NCBI GenBank assembly: GCA_964605545.1 | Contig: CAZSCX010000001.1 | Span: forward strand, 16,148-80,147 | DNA: 64,000 bases | Source: an uncultured Gammaproteobacteria bacterium | GTDB lineage: Bacteria; Patescibacteriota; Microgenomatia; UBA12405 | Reading direction: 5' to 3' | Shown here: in pieces, positions 26,811 through 34,799 of the stretch | Layout: each line of letters opens with the position of its first letter | How positions within the stretch are numbered: the stretch's first letter is position 1 | Notes under the pieces: generated by a model | What the model saw: only the letters and a program-made list of their open reading frames with translations | What the model was told of the DNA's origin: nothing | The model's database searches: none | Translations under genes and position numbers: made by a program

Positions 26811-28298
26811 ATGAGGAAGTTATTGTTTTTATTATGTTTAGGAATTTTTTTGGGTACAGGTGGTGTGGTGTTGGCAGAAACATGTAGTCCGACAGAGGTG
26901 TCTTTGAATAGGGAAAAAACTGGAGGAATTTTTTTGAATATTGGTAAAGATAATAAACCTGTGGTTCTTTATACGGAATATAAGACGAGTATGGTTACAG
27001 AATCGAGTTTTTTAAAATGTACGACTGACGATTGTAGTGATTTTGGGGAAGTTGATTTTTCTTCGATATTTCCTTTAGAAAATGGGGGAGTAGGTGTGTT
27101 TAGCGATGGAAGCGTGGCTTTTATGATGGTGAGTGAGGGTGAAAACAATAATATGTATTTTGTAAAATGTAGCGATAATAAATGTACTAGTTATACAAAA
27201 ACTTTATTTAAAAGTGATTTTGTTAAAGATAGTAATTTGAATATTTTTCGTAATTCTCCAGCCCAAGTTTTTATTGACAAGAACGATTTGCCTAATTTTT
27301 ATTTTCGGCAAAGTTTTACCGATGGAACTAGAATGGATCAATATTTGGATATATATCTAGTAAGATGTAGTAAAAAGGATTGTAGTGAATACAAAGTAAA
27401 TAAGATAGATAAAGTAATAGCTGAGGCAGCTATTGACGGTTTTTGGGGGCAAACTTTTGTGGTAGATAATGATGACAAAACTGTTTTGGAGTATTTGATG
27501 TTGGAATACGAAACAGGAGATTTGCAATTGGTTTTAAATTATGATGGAACAAAAACGATAATTGATGAAGCCGAGAATAGGTGCTACAACAGAAGTGAAT
27601 TGATGTTGCCGTCGATGTATTTAGGAAACGATGGTAATCCTGTTTTAAATTATATGAAAAGAGTTGGGAGTGCCGATAGTTGCACAACCAAATACATTAC
27701 GGTTTTTTGTAAAAATAAAACTTGTACAGAAAAAAATGTAATAGATACGGTTAAGGGTTTTAAAATGAGAAAAGGAAGGGAGGGTTATCCGGTTTATGAA
27801 TATTTGGATGGAGGAGACAGGGGGGTTATAGTTTGTAAAAATGCCGATTGTTCGGAAAAAACACAAAAGGCAATTTTGACCGGATGTAATCCTAATTTAA
27901 ATGTTACGTGCCCAGGTTTTGTTGATTTTAAATTGGACAATGAATATAAACCGGTTTGGTTGATAAATAGGGTGATTTCTAGTAAGAATATTTTGTCAAT
28001 TTATCGATGTTGTACGGTCGATTGTGGGACAACATTTGAACCTCTTAATTGGTATGGGACATGTAAAAACGTTGTGGATGAAACAAGAGGGTGTACTAAG
28101 TGTGAAAGTGATAATTATCAAGGAATTAATCGTTGGGGAGGGGATTATAATTGTAGTGGGGATTTAACAGCCGGGGATTATATTGTTTGGCGAGATGAAT
28201 TTTTTAAAAAGGGAACGGAGAGGGAGGCGGATGGGGATTGTGATGGTAAAACGAGTCTTTCCGATTATTCAAAATGGAGAGAGGAGTATCTTAAATAA
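26811..28298 (+). CDS. secreted C-x4-C repeat protein with C-terminal dockerin-like domain (paralog B, tandem duplicate)
   Basis: Colinear with 25287..26783 and shares perfect 52-nt and 66-nt nucleotide stretches with it. Confidence 0.5.
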   Translation: MRKLLFLLCLGIFLGTGGVVLAETCSPTEVSLNREKTGGIFLNIGKDNKPVVLYTEYKTSMVTESSFLKCTTDDCSDFGEVDFSSIFPLENGGVGVFSDGSVAFMMVSEGENNNMYFVKCSDNKCTSYTKTLFKSDFVKDSNLNIFRNSPAQVFIDKNDLPNFYFRQSFTDGTRMDQYLDIYLVRCSKKDCSEYKVNKIDKVIAEAAIDGFWGQTFVVDNDDKTVLEYLMLEYETGDLQLVLNYDGTKTIIDEAENRCYNRSELMLPSMYLGNDGNPVLNYMKRVGSADSCTTKYITVFCKNKTCTEKNVIDTVKGFKMRKGREGYPVYEYLDGGDRGVIVCKNADCSEKTQKAILTGCNPNLNVTCPGFVDFKLDNEYKPVWLINRVISSKNILSIYRCCTVDCGTTFEPLNWYGTCKNVVDETRGCTKCESDNYQGINRWGGDYNCSGDLTAGDYIVWRDEFFKKGTEREADGDCDGKTSLSDYSKWREEYLK

Positions 28299-28341
28299 TT
28301 TGATTGATTGACTTAGTATTTTAGGAATGTTTTAATTAAAT

Positions 28342-30822
28342 ATGAGTTTTAATGTACGAAGATGTGGATTGATACAATTACCTATTTTGATTGGAATTTT
28401 AATAATCTCAGTAGCAATTCCTGCCTTGACGGTTTTGGTACAAGAGAATCAAGATGTTAGAAATCGAGCGGCGAATGGGGATAAAATAATTTGTGAAAGA
28501 TGTAGTAAAAATAGTAGTTGTGAATGGGTAGTGTATGAAGTTGATGCTTCTGTGGGGTGTGATGTTTTATATGAATCACAGATGACTATTATTAGTAGGA
28601 CGGCAAAATGCGAATGTGGAAAAGTTGCTAATGCAACTGATTCTAGATGTGGAACAGTGAGTACCGGTGGGTGTACAGGGACAAAATGTAATGCCGCTGG
28701 CGATACATGTTGTATTAATTCTTTTAATGGTGGAACAATACCATATTGTGAAGCTGGTTTTGTCTGTGATATGAATTCAAGTTCAAGTTTATTTGGAAAG
28801 TGTATTAAACCTTGGAGTAGTACTCAACAATGTAATAGGTGTAGTAGTAATAGAAATTGTTATCGAGCCTATTTTGAAGCTCCTTATCCGGGAGATTGTG
28901 CTACCATAGAACCTCTTTCTACTTCTCTTATTAAATATGTTTATGAGGCTGGTTGTTGTGCTGGTGGGGGAGATACTACTCCTCCGACTCAAAAATGGTA
29001 TTACTGTGATGGGACACAGAGTACTTGTAAAGTAGATACCAATACTTATGCTGATTCAGCCAGTTGTTCGGCGGCTCATGGAGGTAGAACTTGTTATTAT
29101 TATGATGAAGAGGCTGGATGTAATAGTTTATGTGCAGCGGCGGATTATAAATATTATTGTGATACAACATGTAAAAAGACAACTGAAAAGTTTGCTGGTG
29201 CGGATTGTTCGGCAGTTTTGGGAAAAGCTTGTTATTCGACCAGTAATTGTAATGGAGTATGTCCAACTTCTGGAACTTCTTGTTCAGGGAGTGAAGGTAC
29301 AGTTCCAAGTGGATCTTGGGGGTGTCAAAGTTTGAGTACGAGAGCCTATTGTTTAAATGGTGTGTGGTCAAGCTCGAATAGTGAATATTGTCAGTACGAT
29401 TGTAAAGATGGTAGATGTAATTCAGCTCCGCCTACAACATGTAATGATTATCAGGGAAATCCAATTTCGGCTGGTTTTTGGGGTTGTAAGACAGCAACTA
29501 CAAGAGCGTGGTGTAATTCAGGTGTTTGGATAAATGATTATAATTGTGCTACGAATGGTGGTACTTGTGTGAATGGTGAGTGTCAAACTGTGGCAGCATG
29601 TAGTAAAGTTGGCGATACTTGTTGTTTAGGTGGTGCTACTGGGAAATTTTGTAATAATAGCTTAGTCTGTGGTAGCGATAGCAAATGTGCAAGTTCTTGT
29701 GGCATAGAAAATTACCCGTGTTGCTATAATCCGAATGGTGCTGGTACTTGTACAAACAGTTTCGGCTCTCCTTATTTAAAGTGTGTGGCTGACAAGTGTG
29801 TTAAAGATCCAGAACGATGTTTTTTGAATTTTGGTACTGCTACTACTGTGATATATGAGGATACTTTTTGCTATCGAGAGAGTGGAAAACCAGAGACGAT
29901 AAGAAAGTGTGAATATGGTGGTAGTACTACTTTTGTGACTAATTGTAGTTTTAGTTGTATGGCTGGTAGAAATATAGGAGAGCCTCTTGTTGCGGAATGT
30001 TGTGGTGGCTTGAATGAGACTTGTTGCTCTGGCACTGAGTGTTCTCCTGGTTTGAGTTGTATTAGTGGGGTTTGTAAGAATCCGACAACAAATGTTTGTG
30101 GAAATAGACCAGATGGGACAGCGAGAGTGCCTGGAGAATCATGGTGTGTAGATAATAAATTATATGAATGTATTAACCCAACAGGTACTTTGATAAATCT
30201 TAAAACTACTACTTGTATCGATGGTTGTATAAAACTTACCAATACTACAGCAAAATGTAATGTGGTGAAGAAATATTGGCAACATGATGCAGTGGCGAAT
30301 GGCTATAATTGTTCGACCGATAGTCGTTGGATGTGTACAGAAACTACTACAGTAACTAAGTTTGCCGATAAAGCTAGTTGTGAAAATGATGTTGGTTGTG
30401 ATGTTACTTTTTATAGATATACATGTAATCCTGTTACCGGTAATTGGAGTTGTGTAAATACACCGCAAACCGGCCAGCCTTCTTATTCGGAAGTAACTTA
30501 TGGATCTGCGGCAGCGGCGGAACAAAAATGTATTACTGATGATCCAAGTGATTTGTGCAAGAAAACATCTACTTGTTCAGTATGTTCAGAGGAAAAGAAT
30601 GGTTATGTTGGACCAGATAAGAGCGGAGGAGACTATAATTGTGATGGAGTTTTGACAACAGGTGATTATATTGTTTGGCGTGGAGAGTATTTGGATTATG
30701 TTTTAAAACGGGTTAACAAAAATAGATATGTGGCCAATGGTAATTGTAAAAATAATCCTGATTTGTATTATTTAACTGGAACTAGAGATTATTCTTTATG
30801 GAGAGAAAATTATTTAAAATAA
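28342..30822 (+). CDS. hyper-cysteine-rich surface protein (826 aa, ~100 Cys) with pilin-like leader and variant C-terminal dockerin
   Basis: MSFNVRRCG-LIQLPILIGILIISVAIP leader and NQDVRNRAANGD. Repeated GSWGCQ..C.NGVW / GFWGCK..C.SGVW modules. C-terminus GDYNCDGVLTTGDYIVWRGEYLD...NGNCKNNPDLYYLTGTRDYSLWRENYLK. Confidence 0.5.
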   Translation: MSFNVRRCGLIQLPILIGILIISVAIPALTVLVQENQDVRNRAANGDKIICERCSKNSSCEWVVYEVDASVGCDVLYESQMTIISRTAKCECGKVANATDSRCGTVSTGGCTGTKCNAAGDTCCINSFNGGTIPYCEAGFVCDMNSSSSLFGKCIKPWSSTQQCNRCSSNRNCYRAYFEAPYPGDCATIEPLSTSLIKYVYEAGCCAGGGDTTPPTQKWYYCDGTQSTCKVDTNTYADSASCSAAHGGRTCYYYDEEAGCNSLCAAADYKYYCDTTCKKTTEKFAGADCSAVLGKACYSTSNCNGVCPTSGTSCSGSEGTVPSGSWGCQSLSTRAYCLNGVWSSSNSEYCQYDCKDGRCNSAPPTTCNDYQGNPISAGFWGCKTATTRAWCNSGVWINDYNCATNGGTCVNGECQTVAACSKVGDTCCLGGATGKFCNNSLVCGSDSKCASSCGIENYPCCYNPNGAGTCTNSFGSPYLKCVADKCVKDPERCFLNFGTATTVIYEDTFCYRESGKPETIRKCEYGGSTTFVTNCSFSCMAGRNIGEPLVAECCGGLNETCCSGTECSPGLSCISGVCKNPTTNVCGNRPDGTARVPGESWCVDNKLYECINPTGTLINLKTTTCIDGCIKLTNTTAKCNVVKKYWQHDAVANGYNCSTDSRWMCTETTTVTKFADKASCENDVGCDVTFYRYTCNPVTGNWSCVNTPQTGQPSYSEVTYGSAAAAEQKCITDDPSDLCKKTSTCSVCSEEKNGYVGPDKSGGDYNCDGVLTTGDYIVWRGEYLDYVLKRVNKNRYVANGNCKNNPDLYYLTGTRDYSLWRENYLK

Positions 30823-30825
30823 AAT

Positions 30826-32160
30826 ATGACAAATAATAAAAATAAACTTTTTGTTTTATTAATAATATTGGCAGTATCTATTTTTGGGTCGGTAATGCTG
30901 ACAAGACAAACACAAGAGCTAAGAAGGAAGGCAGCTGATGGTTATATTCAATCTTTTGAACCAGTTTCAATAACTGGTATGAAAGTGGGAGGGACAGCGT
31001 CGGTAACTGTTTTAGCAGAAACACCTTTAGGTTTTAAATCGGCGACTATTCTGATTTGTTACCCTGATTATTTGAAGGAACTAACAAAGGATGATATTAA
31101 ATTATCGGATTATTTTACAATTGATTTACCGCCGATTCGAAGAGTTGATTTGGGTTATAGTGGAAAAATTTGTTCGGTAATAGAGGCGATGGTGAGTATA
31201 GATGATGCAACTAAAACTGGAGCGCCAGCAGGAATATCTCAGGTGGCGAAGCTTACTTTTACCGGAAATAAGGTTGGAACTGGTGGTAAGATAGAAGCAA
31301 TTATTGGTCCTGTTTCCGGTAGAGAATATGGTAAAACGACCGATAAGAATTTTAGATCATTGGTTTCCGGTGATTTTACAGACGGACAAGATAAAGTCTT
31401 TAGCACTGTTGGGTCTGTTGATATTAGTGTTGAAGGTGATAAGAAATATGTTAGAGGAGATTGTGATTTTAGTACTGGTAAATATGAATGTACAGAGAGT
31501 GCTAATGGGACTATGGATTTGGCTACTTGTGAGACAGATACAAATTGTTATGTTAAAGGTGATGATTATGTTTTGAAGTTTAGAGTTATTTTTCCAGGTG
31601 TTTGGCCGCAAAATAAATTTATTGATGGTTATGAAAAAGTTAGTTTATTGGTTGAATCAGCAGTTGGTACGACTTGGTTGGGAGATGTAACAATGACAAA
31701 GGTGGCAAAAGAAGAGACAACCGATATAAAAGACGGTGATATTCAATATCAGGTGTATCAGGCGTCGGTGCCATTGAAAGGTTTTAATTACAACAAGGAT
31801 TTAGCGGTAACTATAAAAGGAGTAAAGCATTTAGGAATGAGGTTTGGCGAAGATAATCAAAAAGGTTGCTATAGATCGATGATAGGAAAAATTGGTTCGA
31901 CTAATGCTTTAACAAAAGATGAGACTACAACACCTTTGTTTAACTTCATTAAAACTCCATTACCGGGCGGTGATGTTGATAATAATGATATTGTGAATGC
32001 GGCCGATTATTCTCAGGTTAAGTCAAAAATGTTGACTTGTGATAATGCCAAGTGTGGGGAGGATATTAATGGTGATGGAATTATAAATAGTACTGATGCC
32101 AGTTATATTAATTTAACAGTCTCTGACAAATGTGGAGACTGGTGGACTACAGGAGAATAA
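30826..32160 (+). CDS. surface protein with cohesin-like domain and C-terminal dockerin (DVDNND type)
   Basis: Leader ...LTRQTQELRRKAADG and cohesin-like AKLTFTGNKVGTGGKIEAII. C-terminus GGDVDNNDIVNAADYSQVKSK / DINGDGIINSTDASYIN. Confidence 0.5.
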   Translation: MTNNKNKLFVLLIILAVSIFGSVMLTRQTQELRRKAADGYIQSFEPVSITGMKVGGTASVTVLAETPLGFKSATILICYPDYLKELTKDDIKLSDYFTIDLPPIRRVDLGYSGKICSVIEAMVSIDDATKTGAPAGISQVAKLTFTGNKVGTGGKIEAIIGPVSGREYGKTTDKNFRSLVSGDFTDGQDKVFSTVGSVDISVEGDKKYVRGDCDFSTGKYECTESANGTMDLATCETDTNCYVKGDDYVLKFRVIFPGVWPQNKFIDGYEKVSLLVESAVGTTWLGDVTMTKVAKEETTDIKDGDIQYQVYQASVPLKGFNYNKDLAVTIKGVKHLGMRFGEDNQKGCYRSMIGKIGSTNALTKDETTTPLFNFIKTPLPGGDVDNNDIVNAADYSQVKSKMLTCDNAKCGEDINGDGIINSTDASYINLTVSDKCGDWWTTGE

Positions 32161-32776
32161 TATGAAAAATATTAGTAAAAATACTTTTTACTGGATAATA
32201 CCAGTTTTTTGTCTTGTTATAATTTTTCAAGCGGTGGTTTTAGTAAATAGTACTTTAAACCAAAAAACTACGATGACGGCCAGTAAATCGGCAGATGTCA
32301 ACGATAAAGAGAGTCAGGTGAAATTAGTGCCGGAAGTTGATTTGGGTTTGGTGGCCATGGAAACTGAATGGAAAATAGGTAAGAAATATAAGGTAACTTT
32401 TGAGGCAACTTCGAAACAGACCAGATTAATAGATGCAATGGATTTATATGTCAAATATGATAAAGATGCTTTTACGGTAAGTAATTTACTTTCCGGAGAT
32501 GGTTTACCAAAACCAACTTCCAGCAAAATTAGCACCAAAACCGGTTTGTTGGTAGCTAATATTTATATTCCGGTGAACGAGAATTATAAAATGGAAAAGG
32601 CGGTAAAAAAGACACTTTTGACTTTTGAAGTTACACCAAAGAAGTTAGGGGATTTTACTTTTGAAATTGATACTGGAAAAGTAGTAAAAGAATCTGTTAC
32701 TATGATAGTAGAATCAAAAACTGCTAAGGTTTTACCTTTTGCAGCAGAGATGTTAGCGGTTAAAGTAATTAAATAG
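32132..32776 (+). CDS. membrane-anchored cohesin-like domain protein
   Basis: Single TM helix (FYWIIPVFCLVIIFQAVVLV) followed by a beta-sandwich-like body (KKTLLTFEVTPKKLGDFTFEID). Confidence 0.4.
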   Translation: METGGLQENNMKNISKNTFYWIIPVFCLVIIFQAVVLVNSTLNQKTTMTASKSADVNDKESQVKLVPEVDLGLVAMETEWKIGKKYKVTFEATSKQTRLIDAMDLYVKYDKDAFTVSNLLSGDGLPKPTSSKISTKTGLLVANIYIPVNENYKMEKAVKKTLLTFEVTPKKLGDFTFEIDTGKVVKESVTMIVESKTAKVLPFAAEMLAVKVIK

Positions 32777-32781
32777 AATTA

Positions 32782-33474
32782 ATGAAAAATGTAATCAAAA
32801 TATTGCCCATTTTGATTTTGTTGATGGGTTTGTCGGTTAAGCCTGTAAGTGCAGCGGCGAGATTGACGTTGGATCCTGCGACAAAGAATCTGAAGGTTGG
32901 GGAATCAATGGAAATAGCCGTTAATGCTTATTCAGAAACAAAAACAGTAGCTGGTATTGATGCAGTAATAACTTTTGATTCTGCTAAGCTTGAAGCATCA
33001 AGTGTATCACTTGCCTATACTGGGTTGTCGTTTAAACAAACTGTATCAGGTAACAAGATTACAATTGCTTTATATAAAGAAAATTATACTGAATTGGGTG
33101 CGACGGCGATAAATGGCAAGGTAGCAACGATAGTTTTCAAAGCAAAAGAAACCGGTACAGCAACGGCTAGATTTACTTGTACAACTTCGACAATGACGGA
33201 TTCCAATATTTTGAATATGGATGGGGGAACTGTAACTGATATTATTTCTTGTGTGGACAATGGAACCGGTACTTATGAAATAAGTGCGTCTTCGTCAGCG
33301 ACAGCAACAAGTACACCGACAACAGCTGCAAGTAGTAATACAAATACACCAACTCCGATACAGACGACTACAGCGGCACAATTGCCAAAGACGGGTAGTA
33401 CCGAGACAACTGTATTCTTGACTATATTTGGGTTATTAGGTGTAGCTGGAGCGTTTATTTTGAGAGCTTTATGA
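32782..33474 (+). CDS. cohesin-like domain protein with LPXTG sortase cell-wall anchor (putative anchoring scaffoldin)
   Basis: Signal peptide and a cohesin-like body (GKVATIVFKAKETGTATARF...TMTDSNILNMDGGTVTDIISC). A Thr/Ser/Pro linker leads to LPKTG, a hydrophobic stretch and RAL at the C-terminus. Confidence 0.65.
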   Translation: MKNVIKILPILILLMGLSVKPVSAAARLTLDPATKNLKVGESMEIAVNAYSETKTVAGIDAVITFDSAKLEASSVSLAYTGLSFKQTVSGNKITIALYKENYTELGATAINGKVATIVFKAKETGTATARFTCTTSTMTDSNILNMDGGTVTDIISCVDNGTGTYEISASSSATATSTPTTAASSNTNTPTPIQTTTAAQLPKTGSTETTVFLTIFGLLGVAGAFILRAL

Positions 33475-34142
33475 GAGGTGCAGCGAAAGTAAAAACAATT
33501 TTGGTAATTATTATATTGTTATTGGTTGGGGTTTTAGGAGTAGTTGGGGTGGGAGCGGTTAGGACTTATATGTCTGGCGCAGCTGCAGATGCTGGACCAA
33601 AAACAGTCAGTGCAATTATAAGTAACGATGGTAGTTCGGCGACAATTAGTTTTTCGACTGACAAAAAGGTTATTCCTACAATTTTGTACGGGACTTCACC
33701 GACGACGATGTATTTGAGCAAGGTAGCGGCTGAGGAATCAACAGAATTCAATATAAATTTGTCTCCATTGAAAGCTAACACTCAGTATTATTATGCGATC
33801 AAAATTGCCGATACTACTTATGATAATGCGGGTATCCCTTATTCTTTTTCGACAACTGCCAAGAGTAGTAGCAAAACAACAGAAGCAGCGGTGACATCAA
33901 CACCTATACCGACGGTAGCGACTTCTAGTGCCAGTACCAAGACAGAATGTAATAAGGAGACTGATTATAATAATGATGGTGTGATTAACACTATTGACTA
34001 TGTACTTTGTAGCAGTGGCAAAGTAACCGGAGCACCGGCAGCGAGTGCCAGTTCGGCTCCAAGTTGTAGTGGAACTGATTACAATAATGACGGAACAATA
34101 AATGCCGTTGATGAACTGTTGTGTAGACAAAAAGCGAATTAA
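33471..34142 (+). CDS. membrane-anchored FN3-like domain protein with two C-terminal dockerin-like repeats
   Basis: N-terminal TM helix and an FN3-like segment (TISFSTDKK...TQYYYAIKI). Repeats ETDYNNDGVINTIDYVLC and TDYNNDGTINAVDELLC. Its ATGA overlaps the previous stop. Confidence 0.5.
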   Translation: MRGAAKVKTILVIIILLLVGVLGVVGVGAVRTYMSGAAADAGPKTVSAIISNDGSSATISFSTDKKVIPTILYGTSPTTMYLSKVAAEESTEFNINLSPLKANTQYYYAIKIADTTYDNAGIPYSFSTTAKSSSKTTEAAVTSTPIPTVATSSASTKTECNKETDYNNDGVINTIDYVLCSSGKVTGAPAASASSAPSCSGTDYNNDGTINAVDELLCRQKAN

Positions 34143-34159
34143 TAGGTAAAATATCCGAT

Positions 34160-34372
34160 ATGGCACTAATAGTCAAAAAGAAAAAAGGCGAATCTAAGGA
34201 TGATATTATCGGTAAATTCCGAAGATTGGTCTTGGAAGAAGATATTACTGAAGAAGTAAAAACCAGAACCGCGTATCAAAAACCGTCAGAATTAAGGTAT
34301 GCCCTTAAGAAAATTATTTTATGGCGGGAAAAATGTAGACGGCGAGCCAAAAAATCTCGAAAACATGCTTAA
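34160..34372 (+). CDS. rpsU: 30S ribosomal protein S21
   Basis: KKGESKDDIIGKFRRLV...YQKPSELRYALKK with a basic C-terminal tail; 70 aa. Confidence 0.65.
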   Translation: MALIVKKKKGESKDDIIGKFRRLVLEEDITEEVKTRTAYQKPSELRYALKKIILWREKCRRRAKKSRKHA

Positions 34373-34799
34373 AGATAAAATAAAAGAAGATTCAGTCGTA
34401 GCTTTGAAATCTCATGATAATAGAAAGGTTGAGGTATTAAGGTATTTAATTTCTTTGATCGATAAAAAAGAAATGCAGTTGCCGGTAGGAGAAATGAAAG
34501 AAGAAGATGAATTATCGGTAATAAGAAAGGAATTAAAAAACAAGGAAGAATCCAAAGAAATGTTTTTAAAAGGAAATCGGAATGATTTGGTAGATCAGTT
34601 GGATTATGAAATTGCTTTGGTTAAAGAATATTTACCTAAGGGTTTGGATGAAGTTGAAATAGTAAAATTTGTTGATGAGGCAATAGCGAAGGTAGGTAGT
34701 AATTTTGGGATGGTGATGAAAGAAGTTGTGCAAAAAGTGGCCGGTAGAGCCGGTGGTGATGTTATTTCAAAAATTGTTAAAGAAAAGATCAGTGGCTAA
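34365..34799 (+). CDS. GatB/YqeY domain protein
   Basis: LVKEYLPKGLDEVEIVKFVDEAIAKVGSNFGMVMKEVVQKVAGRAGGDVISKIVKE. The start is placed at the internal ATG overlapping the rpsU stop; the track ORF starts at 34299. Confidence 0.7.
   Translation: MLKDKIKEDSVVALKSHDNRKVEVLRYLISLIDKKEMQLPVGEMKEEDELSVIRKELKNKEESKEMFLKGNRNDLVDQLDYEIALVKEYLPKGLDEVEIVKFVDEAIAKVGSNFGMVMKEVVQKVAGRAGGDVISKIVKEKISG

Noticed and set aside
10633-34142. Interpreting the cohesin/dockerin cluster as a true cellulosome for plant cell-wall degradation.
   Set aside because: None of the dockerin-bearing proteins has a glycoside hydrolase, CE or PL catalytic domain, and the one GH nearby lacks a dockerin. An adhesive/structural role fits better.
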